Assembly (NCBI GenBank): GCA_902623535.1
Contig: CACNUA010000004.1
Location: 2,112-66,111 of the forward strand
DNA from: an uncultured SAR86 cluster bacterium
GTDB lineage: Bacteria > Pseudomonadota > Gammaproteobacteria > Magnimaribacterales > D2472
DNA: 64,000 nt
Reading direction: 5' to 3'
Below are positions 29,815 to 39,664 of this stretch, in pieces. The translations under genes and the position numbers were made by a program. The notes under the pieces were generated by a model, which was given only the letters and a program-made list of their open reading frames with translations, was not told where the DNA came from and ran no database searches. Positions within the stretch are counted from its first letter, which is position 1; each line of letters opens with the position of its first letter.

Positions 29815-30826
29815 ATCTAAAGCATTATTACTTGTAAATTTGGGTACTCCAAATAAGCCCACTTATTTTTCCGTGTTTAGTTATTTAAGAGAGTTTTTAT
29901 CTGATTATCGAGTTCTTGATGTGCCTGGTCCAATTCGATTCTTTCTAGTGAATTTCATAATATGTCCATTTAGATCATTGAGCAGTTCAAAGCTTTACAA
30001 GAAGCTTTGGGAAAGAAATAACTCTGAATCTCCATTGATAAAACATGCAAATGCTCTAAAGAGTATATTAAATAACAGGTTAAGTGATTATGAGGTTTTT
30101 TATGCGATGAGATACCAGAATCCATCTTTAAAAAATGTTATTAACTCAATTATGCAATCCAATCCATCTGAAATAGTTGTTTTTCCTCTATTTCCTCAGT
30201 ATGCATCATCTACTACAGGAAGTGTTTTTGAGGCTTTCACAAAAGAACTTTCTAAGTATTGGGTGGTACCAAAAGTTACATTTATAAATCAATTTTACAC
30301 AAATCATAAATTTATTAGTGCATGGGCAAACAAACTGGCAAGTTATGAATTAGATGCATACGATAAGATAGTTTTTTCTTATCACGGGCTTCCAAATTCG
30401 CATGTTGATAAAGTCTATAACAATGGGATGTGTACAGATAGAACTTGTGAATCTGATTTCAATGAAGAAAATAAGTTTTGTTATAAGGCTGCATCATTTC
30501 ATACAACGAAACTTATTCAAGAAAGATTGGGATTAAATACAGATAAGTGTATTACATGCTTTCAATCAAGGCTTACTAAGAATTGGTTAACGCCATTTAC
30601 AGATAATGTTTTAGAAGAATTAGCAGCTAACAATCATAAGAAGATATTAGTTTTAGCACCTGCCTTTACAGCAGATAATCTAGAAACATTAATCGAGATA
30701 GATGATGAATATAAAGAATTATTTCTTGAGGCTGGTGGAAAAACTCTTGATTTTGTCGAGTCTCTAAATAACGATGAGGAATGGGTTCAGGCTATAATTG
30801 ATATTTTAGGAGAAACTAATGTTTAA
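29807..30826 (+). CDS. hemH: Ferrochelatase
   Basis: LLVNLGTP, YLREFLSD, AMRYQNP, PLFPQYASST, SYHGLP, FQSR, F.ADNLETLIE. Confidence 0.96.
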   Translation: MSKSKALLLVNLGTPNKPTYFSVFSYLREFLSDYRVLDVPGPIRFFLVNFIICPFRSLSSSKLYKKLWERNNSESPLIKHANALKSILNNRLSDYEVFYAMRYQNPSLKNVINSIMQSNPSEIVVFPLFPQYASSTTGSVFEAFTKELSKYWVVPKVTFINQFYTNHKFISAWANKLASYELDAYDKIVFSYHGLPNSHVDKVYNNGMCTDRTCESDFNEENKFCYKAASFHTTKLIQERLGLNTDKCITCFQSRLTKNWLTPFTDNVLEELAANNHKKILVLAPAFTADNLETLIEIDDEYKELFLEAGGKTLDFVESLNNDEEWVQAIIDILGETNV

Positions 30827-31697
30827 GGAAGGCTTATTAAAAGGTAAACGAATCCTCGTAACGGGTGGTGGTACAGGCCTAGGAAAGGAAATGGCGACAC
30901 ATTATGCGTCATTAGGAGCTGATATTGTTATTTGTGGTAGGCGTTTAAATGTGCTTGAAGAAACTGCCGATGAAATTAAATCAAATTATAATGTTGATGT
31001 ATTAGCTCAATCTCTAGATATTAGATCGCCACAGGACGTGGATGATTTTATAGATCAAATATTTGCAACCAAACCGCTAGATGGGTTGGTAAATAATGCA
31101 GCTGGTAACTTTATCTCACCCACGAAAATGCTATCTCCAAGGGGCTTTGACGCAATTGCAAACATTGTGTTTCATGGAACTTTCTACGTTACTCATTCAG
31201 TTGGACGAAGGTGGATAGAGGCACAACACAAAGGAAATATTATTTCCATTTTAGCAACATGGGTGTGGACTGGATCTCCTTATGTAGTTCCTTCAGCCAT
31301 GAGTAAGTCTGCTATCAATGCAATGACAAAATCATTAGCTGTTGAATGGGGTCCTTACAATATTAGGGTTAATGCAATTGCACCTGGTCCTTTTCCAACT
31401 GAAGGAGCTTGGGCACGTTTAAGTCCAAAAGGAGATTTAGATAATGATAGCTCCTATAGTGCAATCCCGCTTGGCAGAGTGGGTGAAATGTCAGAATTAC
31501 AAAACTTGGCATCATTCCTAATGGCAGATGGTTGCGATTATCTAACAGGGCAAACTATTGCTATTGATGGAGCTCAGTATATCACTGGCGGAGGTACATT
31601 TTCTGGGCTTTCAAAACTCAAAGATTCCGATTGGGAAGAAATTAAAAGTATGATTAAATCTACCAATGAAAAGGATAAGGCTAATAGAAACACTTAA
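30819..31697 (+). CDS. SDR, 2,4-dienoyl-CoA reductase (DECR-like)
   Basis: TGGGTGLG, NNAAGNFISP, SAMSK, SLAVEWG, IAPGPFPTEGA. Confidence 0.88.
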   Translation: MFKEGLLKGKRILVTGGGTGLGKEMATHYASLGADIVICGRRLNVLEETADEIKSNYNVDVLAQSLDIRSPQDVDDFIDQIFATKPLDGLVNNAAGNFISPTKMLSPRGFDAIANIVFHGTFYVTHSVGRRWIEAQHKGNIISILATWVWTGSPYVVPSAMSKSAINAMTKSLAVEWGPYNIRVNAIAPGPFPTEGAWARLSPKGDLDNDSSYSAIPLGRVGEMSELQNLASFLMADGCDYLTGQTIAIDGAQYITGGGTFSGLSKLKDSDWEEIKSMIKSTNEKDKANRNT

Positions 31698-31710
31698 ATA
31701 GGGGGAAGTT

Positions 31711-33129
31711 ATGACAGATATGCATTCAGTACTAAAAAAACAGAAGGATTACTTTATTAAAAATGGTGCTCCTTCTTATGAGTTGAGAATTGATCGTCTT
31801 AATCGGATGAAAGACATTATTTTACAGAACAAAAATAATATTGTTGATGCGTTAAATGAAGATTTTGGAGTTAGATCAAAGAACCAATCAATGGTTGCGG
31901 ATGTTTATTCCATTATTCCCGATATTGAATATGCCAAAAAGAATCTTAAAAAATGGATGAAGGCAGATAAAAGAAAACCATCCTTTCCATTTGGTTTACT
32001 TGGCGCTAAAGCAGAGGTTCGTCATGAGCCTGTAGGCACCGTTGGAATGATCTCACCATGGAATTTTCCTGTAAATCTCACATTTGCTCCTTTGAGTGCT
32101 GTATTTGCTGCAGGTAATCAAGTTATGCATAAGCCCAGTGAATATACAGAAAATACAGCAAATCTCCTAAAAGAAATGTGTGATTCTGCATATGACGAAG
32201 AGGAATTTGCAACGATTCTTGGTGGGCCAGAAATCGGTGCTGAATTTTCTTCTCTTCATTTCGATCACTTGCTATATACGGGTAGTGGAAATGTTGGAAA
32301 GCTAATAATGAAGGCAGCTTCTGAAAACCTTGTACCAGTAACACTTGAGCTTGGTGGAAAATCTCCAGTTATTATTGGCGACGGAGCAGATTTAACAACA
32401 ACAGCAAAAAGAGTAATGATGGGTAAAACAATGAATGCTGGTCAAATTTGCTTGGCACCAGATTACATACTAGTTAAAGATTCTAAGGAGCAAGAGGTTG
32501 TTGATGAGTTAAAAGCAGCTACTGCTGAGTACTATCCTGATATTAAGCATAATCCTGATTACACCAGCATTATCAACCAGAAACACTACGATAGAATTAA
32601 TGGATTGGTTGATGATGCAAAATCCAAAGGCGCTAATGTAGAAGAAATCAATCCTGCTAATGAAGATTTCTCTCAACAAGAGGCTTATAAAATACCTCCA
32701 ACTTTGGTCAGAAATGTTAACGACGACATGGAAATAATGCATGAAGAGATCTTTGGTCCGGTTTTACCAATAAAAACCTATCAAGATATTAATGAGACAA
32801 CTGAGTATGTAAATTCAAAAGATCGTCCTTTAGGTTTGTATTACTTTGGACATAACAAAGCTGAAGAAGATAAAGTCCTTAACAATACTACTTCCGGTGG
32901 CGTGACAGTTAATGATGTAGTGGGGCACATTCAAGTAAGTGATTTACCATTTGGTGGAGTTGGACCTTCTGGAATTGGCAGATATAAGGGCTATGAGGGA
33001 TTTCTTAATTTTTCAAATGCGAGAGCTATAAGTAAGCAAGTTGGCTCTAGGTTTGATAAGTTTTTTGAAGCAATCAGACCACCTTACAAAGGCGATATTG
33101 AAAAAGTACTAAAGCAAATAGCCAAATAA
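31711..33129 (+). CDS. Aldehyde dehydrogenase, coniferyl-aldehyde (CalB)/ALDH3 family
   Basis: ISPWNFP, TLELGGKSP, NAGQICLAPDY, EEIFGP, LPFGGVGPSG. Confidence 0.92.
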   Translation: MTDMHSVLKKQKDYFIKNGAPSYELRIDRLNRMKDIILQNKNNIVDALNEDFGVRSKNQSMVADVYSIIPDIEYAKKNLKKWMKADKRKPSFPFGLLGAKAEVRHEPVGTVGMISPWNFPVNLTFAPLSAVFAAGNQVMHKPSEYTENTANLLKEMCDSAYDEEEFATILGGPEIGAEFSSLHFDHLLYTGSGNVGKLIMKAASENLVPVTLELGGKSPVIIGDGADLTTTAKRVMMGKTMNAGQICLAPDYILVKDSKEQEVVDELKAATAEYYPDIKHNPDYTSIINQKHYDRINGLVDDAKSKGANVEEINPANEDFSQQEAYKIPPTLVRNVNDDMEIMHEEIFGPVLPIKTYQDINETTEYVNSKDRPLGLYYFGHNKAEEDKVLNNTTSGGVTVNDVVGHIQVSDLPFGGVGPSGIGRYKGYEGFLNFSNARAISKQVGSRFDKFFEAIRPPYKGDIEKVLKQIAK

Positions 33130-33131
33130 AC

Positions 33132-34367
33132 ATGTTCAAATTACCCATATCGTTGGGTATTAGATATCTGACATCATCAAAAGGGGCGTATGGCTCCTTT
33201 TATTCAATTATATCAATTATTGGATTAACTATTGGTGTCGGTGCATTAATTATTGTTTTATCTGTTATGAATGGATTTGAGCGTGAGTTACAAACACGTA
33301 TTTTGGGAGTCATTCCGCATGCTTTAATCAAGTCTGATAATCCTATCAACTATAACGATAAGACAATAATTGATACATTGAATGTTGAGGGTGTTGAAGC
33401 CTACGGCCCATATATTGAGCTTCAGGGACTAATAGGTAGTGATGATCGATCAAGAGGAGTTTTTATCTCAGGCATTGTTCCTGAATCTGAAAACAAAATG
33501 TCCATACTTCCAGAATTTATGGTCAGGGGATCATTAAATGATCTAAAAGACAAATCTGGTGTTGTTATTGGATCATGGCTATCAAGATATCTAAATCTTT
33601 CAATGGGTGACGAAGTTACTGTATTTACTAATACAACTAGAACAAATATTTTTGGAACTTACCCCAGAACAATAAAAACTAAAATTGTTGGAATATTTGA
33701 ACTTAATGCTGAGCCTGATCAGAGTCTGGTCTTAATACACCATAATTTTGCTAGAAATTTAGTTAGCCTTGAGGAAGGCTATACATCTAGCATTAGAATT
33801 AAAACGAAGAACCTTTTTGAAGTTGATAGGGTTGGGTATAGCGTTATTAATCAACTTCCAACAGATTATTTCTTCAGTACCTGGAAATTAACTCAAGGAA
33901 CTCTCTTTAAAGCAATTCAAATGGAGAAAAGATTAGTAAGTTTACTCATGTTTTTAATCGTTACCGTTGCTTCTTTCTTAATTCTTACAGCTATAGTTAC
34001 AACCGTTAAGTCCAAAGAAAGAGAGATAGCTGTGCTGAAAACTTTAGGAATGAGGAATTTGGATATAACAGTAATATTTCTTACTCTGGGCTTATTAATT
34101 TCTTTGATTGGTATAACCCTTGGCCTCATTTTAGGGATTATCATTACTTTGAATCTAAATAATATTATTTATTTAGCAGATGTTTTATTTAATTATAGAT
34201 TTCTTGATCTTGACGCATACTTCATAAGTTATTTCCCTTATGAATTCAGATTAAATCAATTTGTCTTAACCACAATATCAGCAATGATATGTTCAATATT
34301 ATTCGCGATTTATCCTTCTGTTAAGGCCTCAAAACTTGAACCGGTTGAAATTCTTAGATATGAATAA
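33132..34367 (+). CDS. lolC: Lipoprotein-releasing ABC transporter permease (LolC/E family)
   Basis: IGVGALIIVLSVMNGFERE, EIAVLKTLG, YPSVKASKLEPVEILRYE. Confidence 0.9.
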   Translation: MFKLPISLGIRYLTSSKGAYGSFYSIISIIGLTIGVGALIIVLSVMNGFERELQTRILGVIPHALIKSDNPINYNDKTIIDTLNVEGVEAYGPYIELQGLIGSDDRSRGVFISGIVPESENKMSILPEFMVRGSLNDLKDKSGVVIGSWLSRYLNLSMGDEVTVFTNTTRTNIFGTYPRTIKTKIVGIFELNAEPDQSLVLIHHNFARNLVSLEEGYTSSIRIKTKNLFEVDRVGYSVINQLPTDYFFSTWKLTQGTLFKAIQMEKRLVSLLMFLIVTVASFLILTAIVTTVKSKEREIAVLKTLGMRNLDITVIFLTLGLLISLIGITLGLILGIIITLNLNNIIYLADVLFNYRFLDLDAYFISYFPYEFRLNQFVLTTISAMICSILFAIYPSVKASKLEPVEILRYE

Positions 34368-35022
34368 AATAAAAATCATTGAATTAACTAAAAATTATCA
34401 ATCGAATAAGCAAAATCAGTTGGTTTTAGATAATCTCAATGGTGAAATTAATTTGACTGGTTTAACATCTCTGCAAGGTAAATCTGGATCAGGCAAATCA
34501 ACGCTAATGCATATTTTATCAGGGCTTTTAAAACCTACATCGGGTCGTGTTCTGGTTAATGAGATAGAAATCTATAAAACTAAACCGATAGAGCGTTCAA
34601 GTCTTATTTCATTTGTTTATCAATTTCATGCCTTGTTAGAAAATCTATCGGTATATGAAAATATTTATCTACCCAGGAAAATACATAAAAATATTGGCTC
34701 AGATGAATTTATCAATGATTTAATTAGTCAATGCAAGCTAGAAAAATTACTTAAAAAGTATCCTAGTGAATTATCCGGTGGAGAGAAACAAAGAGTATCT
34801 ATTGTTAGGGCCTTATCAAATAAACCAAAATGTGTTCTTTTGGATGAACCTACGGGTAATCTTGATGATGAAACATCTTCAAGTGTGCAGGAAATGTGTC
34901 TTGATATTAATAAAGCCTTCAATATCGGCATGTTTGTAGCGACGCATGATAGAGGCTTTGCAAGTAAAATGCAGTACCAGTATAAAATAGAACATAAAAG
35001 GTTGATGGTGATTAATGATTGA
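34360..35022 (+). CDS. lolD: Lipoprotein-releasing ABC transporter ATP-binding protein; start probably 34360
   Basis: GKSGSGKST, VYQFHALL, LSGGEKQR, DEPTGNLD, ATHD; adjacent to lolC/E. Confidence 0.9.
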   Translation: MNKIKIIELTKNYQSNKQNQLVLDNLNGEINLTGLTSLQGKSGSGKSTLMHILSGLLKPTSGRVLVNEIEIYKTKPIERSSLISFVYQFHALLENLSVYENIYLPRKIHKNIGSDEFINDLISQCKLEKLLKKYPSELSGGEKQRVSIVRALSNKPKCVLLDEPTGNLDDETSSSVQEMCLDINKAFNIGMFVATHDRGFASKMQYQYKIEHKRLMVIND

Positions 35023-35620
35023 TTATTTAACAGCTGGTGGTTGGTTCATGCTGCCTTTATTAATTTGCTCAGTTTTATTAATTTCAATTATTATTGAGCG
35101 TATATGGTTTTTACAAAAAAGATTGGTTAGTCCTGAAGGCCTTCTAAGGACTTTTATTAATCACTCAAAAGATCAATCTATAACTATTCAACAACAGGAT
35201 TCATACGTTGAATCATCTTCACTTGGCGAACTCTTAGTGACAGCCTACCGATTCAAAGATAAGCCAAGAAATATAGTTGAAGATAAGGTTGTGGAGGCAT
35301 CATCAAACGTCAGAATGAAACTTGAAAGAAACCTTAATATGCTCGGTATAATTGCTAGTATTAGCCCTTTATTAGGATTGCTTGGAACTGTGGTTGGAAT
35401 GATTACTGTATTTGCAAACATAAATCTTGTTGATGGCTCATCAAATAGCGATCTTTTGGCATCCGGTATATCTGAAGCCCTAATAACAACTGCTTTTGGT
35501 TTGTTAGTTGCTGTTCCCGGACTTATTTTTTATAAATATTTCTCAGCACGAGTCAATCTACATATGTTAAATATGCAAAATGAATTAAGTAAGTTTGTTG
35601 ATTTTCTAGATTTTAAATGA
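35015..35620 (+). CDS. exbB: MotA/TolQ/ExbB proton channel family protein
   Basis: GGWFMLPL, ISPLLGLLGTVVGMI, GISEALITTAFGL. Confidence 0.9.
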   Translation: MIDYLTAGGWFMLPLLICSVLLISIIIERIWFLQKRLVSPEGLLRTFINHSKDQSITIQQQDSYVESSSLGELLVTAYRFKDKPRNIVEDKVVEASSNVRMKLERNLNMLGIIASISPLLGLLGTVVGMITVFANINLVDGSSNSDLLASGISEALITTAFGLLVAVPGLIFYKYFSARVNLHMLNMQNELSKFVDFLDFK

Positions 35621-36024
35621 ACTTTGCTACTAAAAATCAATCTAACGATGTCACCATTGAGATTACTCCGTTAATTGATATTGTTTTTTTACTAGTAATA
35701 TTTTTTGTTGTGACTTCAAAAATTGATACAAATCAGGCGCTCAATATTGATTTGCCAGAAACATCGTCCTTTTCATCGGTATTGGTTGAAAATCAAGAGA
35801 TGATTTATCTATATGAATCAGGAAAATTAAGATATGGAGATATTTCAGTGGATATTGAATCCAGTGAAACACTAATTACCTTTATATCAAGCCAAATCCC
35901 AAAATCAGAATTAATAACATTAGCTATAGAAAAACGTGCGTATCATGAGTGGGTTCTCCAATTAATGGATGATCTTCAACTTTCTGGATATCAAAATATT
36001 CAAATTAGGACTTATCAGGAATAA
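35617..36024 (+). CDS. exbD: ExbD/TolR family protein
   Basis: ITPLIDIVFLLVIFFVVT, IDLP. Confidence 0.9.
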   Translation: MNFATKNQSNDVTIEITPLIDIVFLLVIFFVVTSKIDTNQALNIDLPETSSFSSVLVENQEMIYLYESGKLRYGDISVDIESSETLITFISSQIPKSELITLAIEKRAYHEWVLQLMDDLQLSGYQNIQIRTYQE

Positions 36025-38780
36025 TGAAATCAAATATTAAAAGATTATTCTCATATACCTTGAGATATAAGTTATCTTTTACAGTTTCAATAATTGGTTT
36101 CCTAATCTTTGCGGCTGCTGATGTTGCTGCAGTTGAATGGATTAGAAGAGTAATTGAGTTCATCAATTCTAGTGACGTTGTTAATCCTTTGTTTATAGCA
36201 ATTGCATTGATTTTAATTGCATTTGCAAGAGGCTTAGGATTTTTTATTGGTAATTATTTTATGTCCCGAGTTGGCTTGGGAATCGTTCATGATATGAGAA
36301 ATGAACTTTTTAATAAGTTAATTAAGCTTCCAAAAATTTATTTTGATAATAACCAAAGCGGTCAACTTATTAATCGGATAACATTCACAACAACTCAAGT
36401 GTCTGGGGCAACTTCAAATGCAGTCAAAACTCTAGTTAGAGAAGGCGCATTATTCATCGGATTAATCTCCTACATGTTTTATTTAAACTGGAAATTAACC
36501 CTTTTATTGCTAATAACAGCGCCATTTATAGCAATTATAGTAAATATTGCCGGTCGTCGTCTAAGAAAATTAGCTAAAAGTATTCAAACAGCAATGGGTG
36601 ATGTAACCCATATTGCCTCTGAGGCTGTTGAGGGTAATACGGAAATTAAATCATTTAACGCAGAAACCTATGAAAGAGATAGATTCCAAAAGGCAAATAC
36701 CTCAAACAGAAATCAAAATTTGAAGCTTGAGGCTACAAGTAACCTTGCAACACCGATTATCCAAATTCTTGTATCTATTTCATTAGGAATTGTTGCTTAT
36801 TTTGCATTAGGTGCTCAACTTGGAATTAACTTAGATTCTGAAACATTTGTAGCTTTCTTTACGTCTGCTGGTTTAATGGCAAAACCAATTCGACAACTTT
36901 CTAGTATTAATGCAATCATTCAAAAAGGTCTTGCTGCAGCTGATGAAATTTTTGATCAGTTGGATTCATCTGATGAAAATGATCAAGGAACACTCGAACC
37001 ATTAATTGAAGGCAAGATTCAATTTAATAACATTACTTTTGGTTATGAGCGCTCAAAAGATATTCTAAAAAATATCAATCTTGTAATTGAAAATAATGAA
37101 ACTGTAGCAATTGTTGGTAAATCAGGTTCAGGAAAATCTACACTAGCCAACTTAATCTCAAGGCTTTACTTGCCATCAACTGGACTAATATCTATAGATG
37201 GTATTGATATAAATGAAATTAATCTAAGGTACTTAAGAAGTCACATTTCAATTGTTAGTCAAAATCCAACTCTCTTTAACGATACTATTGAAAAAAATAT
37301 TGCTTATGGCTATCAAGATATAAATTTAGAAAGACTCAATCAGGCTGCTGAACTCTCAGGCTGCATGGAATTTATAGAAAAACTTCCTGAAGGTTTTAAT
37401 ACTGAAATAGGTGATGATGGTGTTTTACTTTCAGGTGGTCAGAGACAGAGATTAGCGATAGCCAGAGCTTTCTATAAAGATGCCCCAATCATTATCCTTG
37501 ATGAAGCTACTTCTGCACTAGATTCAGAATCCGAGTTAGTAGTTCAATCTGCAATTGAAAAGCTCATCGTAAATAGGACTACCATAATCATTGCGCATCG
37601 ACTCAGTACCATAGAAAGCGCTAATAAAATATTTGTAATTGATGATGGTCGCATTGTTGAGCAAGGGAATCATGCAGAACTAATTGATAGAGATGGAATT
37701 TATAAAAATTTATATAAAAATATGGATTCTAATCAAGTTAAAACAGCTGCCGTAATTACTAAAACAGAAAAATCTTACTTGCCAACATTTGTAGAAGAAC
37801 CTGCTCAGCAAGGTATGCTCTTGGATGCATGGTATAAGAGAAGTGTATGGTTATGGTTATTATCTCCTCTCTCATTATTATTCTCCTTTTTTGTTAGATT
37901 AAGAATTAATTCATTTAAAGAAAATTCAAAAAAAGTATGGAAACCTAATGTGCCAGTAATTGTTGTAGGTAACATATCTATGGGAGGTACAGGGAAAACC
38001 CCACTTGTTAAAATGCTTGCTCAAAAGCTATCAGAAGAAGGTTTCTTACCTGGTATTGTCAGTAGGGGTTATGGTGGTAAATATTCTGAAACCTTAGAAG
38101 TTACAAGCGATACAACATTCAAACAAACTGGAGATGAAGCTCAAATATTGGCTAAATTAAAGCTACCATTTTTCATTGATAAAAATAGATCTAGGGCAGT
38201 TAAAAAATTACTCAATAAATATCCCCAGACTAATGTAATTTTGTCTGACGACGGCTTACAGCATTATGCTCTTGGAAGGGATATAGAAATTGCTGTTATT
38301 GATGGTGCGCGCAGACTGGGTAATGGCTTAACCTTTCCCGCTGGACCACTAAGAGAACCTCGAAGTAGATTAAATGATGTTGACTTTGTCGTTAATAATG
38401 CAGGTCCAGCTGAAGAAGGAGAGCATCTTATGACTCTTGCGCCAGCAAAATTTGTTCACCTGAATTCAGGTAAATCATATGACATTGGTAATTGGCCAAT
38501 GCATTATCAGGTTCATGCTGTTGCAGGATTAGGTAATCCAAATAGGTTTTTCGATTTATTAGGCAGGCTTGGCTTTCAATTTGATAAAAATCCTTTTCCT
38601 GATCATCATAAATACAAGAAACAAGATATCTTATTTTTAGATCATCTTCCAATTATCATGACTGAAAAAGATGCTTCTAAATGCAAGGATTTTAAAAATT
38701 CTAAAATATGGTATTTAACTATTGAAGCTGAAATTGACGATAAGTTTTTTGATCAATTAAAGGAGAAATTGCATGTTTAA
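36024..38780 (+). CDS. msbA-lpxK: Fused lipid A flippase MsbA / tetraacyldisaccharide 4'-kinase LpxK
   Basis: MsbA part (TM domain, GKSGSGKST, LSGGQRQR, DEATSALD, AHRLST) ends near 37724. After a ~30-aa linker comes LpxK (AWY..WLWLL.PLS, VGNISMGGTGKTP, SRGYGG, GDE, DDGLQH, PAGPLRE, AGLGNP.RFF, FPDHH, MTEKDA.K). No stop between them. Confidence 0.93.
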   Translation: MKSNIKRLFSYTLRYKLSFTVSIIGFLIFAAADVAAVEWIRRVIEFINSSDVVNPLFIAIALILIAFARGLGFFIGNYFMSRVGLGIVHDMRNELFNKLIKLPKIYFDNNQSGQLINRITFTTTQVSGATSNAVKTLVREGALFIGLISYMFYLNWKLTLLLLITAPFIAIIVNIAGRRLRKLAKSIQTAMGDVTHIASEAVEGNTEIKSFNAETYERDRFQKANTSNRNQNLKLEATSNLATPIIQILVSISLGIVAYFALGAQLGINLDSETFVAFFTSAGLMAKPIRQLSSINAIIQKGLAAADEIFDQLDSSDENDQGTLEPLIEGKIQFNNITFGYERSKDILKNINLVIENNETVAIVGKSGSGKSTLANLISRLYLPSTGLISIDGIDINEINLRYLRSHISIVSQNPTLFNDTIEKNIAYGYQDINLERLNQAAELSGCMEFIEKLPEGFNTEIGDDGVLLSGGQRQRLAIARAFYKDAPIIILDEATSALDSESELVVQSAIEKLIVNRTTIIIAHRLSTIESANKIFVIDDGRIVEQGNHAELIDRDGIYKNLYKNMDSNQVKTAAVITKTEKSYLPTFVEEPAQQGMLLDAWYKRSVWLWLLSPLSLLFSFFVRLRINSFKENSKKVWKPNVPVIVVGNISMGGTGKTPLVKMLAQKLSEEGFLPGIVSRGYGGKYSETLEVTSDTTFKQTGDEAQILAKLKLPFFIDKNRSRAVKKLLNKYPQTNVILSDDGLQHYALGRDIEIAVIDGARRLGNGLTFPAGPLREPRSRLNDVDFVVNNAGPAEEGEHLMTLAPAKFVHLNSGKSYDIGNWPMHYQVHAVAGLGNPNRFFDLLGRLGFQFDKNPFPDHHKYKKQDILFLDHLPIIMTEKDASKCKDFKNSKIWYLTIEAEIDDKFFDQLKEKLHV

Positions 38781-38940
38781 AGACGAAATTCTAGACATAT
38801 TGGTTTGCATTAAATGTAAAGGTAAATTAATTAAAAATGAAGAAAATCTAGAGTGCCATTCATGTAAGATTTATTATCCTATTGTAGATTCAATTCCAAG
38901 AATGGTTGAAGAGGCCATCAAGCCATTAAATGATGAATAA
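38773..38940 (+). CDS. ycaR: Trm112/YcaR family small protein (55 aa), not in the ORF track
   Basis: MFKDEILDILVCIKCKGKL...LECHSCKIYYPIVDSIPRM...; AGGAG Shine-Dalgarno; canonical position between lpxK and kdsB. Confidence 0.88.
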   Translation: MFKDEILDILVCIKCKGKLIKNEENLECHSCKIYYPIVDSIPRMVEEAIKPLNDE

Positions 38941-39664
38941 TTTTCACATCATTATTCCAGCAAGATTAGAATCAACTCGATTAAAAAATAAAGTTTTATT
39001 AGAGATCAATGGCAAATCAATCGTTCAATTGGTTTACGAAAAAGCTCAATCCATCAATCCACTCTCAGTTACTGTTGCAACTAATCACAAAGATATATTT
39101 GATCACATAAAATCTCTTGGGGGTGAGGTTTTAATGACTTCATCTGATCATCAATCTGGAATGGATAGAGTTAACGAAACAGCATCATTACTTCAGATTA
39201 GTGATGACGAAACGATTCTGAATCTTCAAGGTGATGAGCCATTAATGCCAGAGAACATAATCATCGATACAGGGAACTCAATACAATCCAACATTATCAT
39301 TGCTACAGCTGCATGCCTATTATCTGATAAAAATGAGATTACCGATCCAAATAATGTGAAGGTTGTTACAACCAATAATAATTATGCTCATTACTTTTCA
39401 AGATCTTTAATACCTTATAGCAATGAGGTTTCAGATATAACTTATTATAAACATTTAGGCATTTATTCTTATAATCGAGGTACTTTACAAGAATTGGCAA
39501 ATTTAGATGTTACATATCTTGAAAAGACTGAGAGGTTAGAGCAACTAAGATTTTTAGATTATGGTTATAAAATCTATGTAAACAAATACGATCAAACTGC
39601 ACCAATTGGTATTGATACCCATAAAGATTACAAGAAAACTTTATCAATCTTAAGTGAAAGATGA
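38930..39664 (+). CDS. kdsB: 3-deoxy-manno-octulosonate cytidylyltransferase
   Basis: IIPARLESTRL..K, HQSG.DR, NLQGDEP, YFSRS.IP, KHLGIYSY, ERLEQLR. Confidence 0.95.
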   Translation: MMNNFHIIIPARLESTRLKNKVLLEINGKSIVQLVYEKAQSINPLSVTVATNHKDIFDHIKSLGGEVLMTSSDHQSGMDRVNETASLLQISDDETILNLQGDEPLMPENIIIDTGNSIQSNIIIATAACLLSDKNEITDPNNVKVVTTNNNYAHYFSRSLIPYSNEVSDITYYKHLGIYSYNRGTLQELANLDVTYLEKTERLEQLRFLDYGYKIYVNKYDQTAPIGIDTHKDYKKTLSILSER

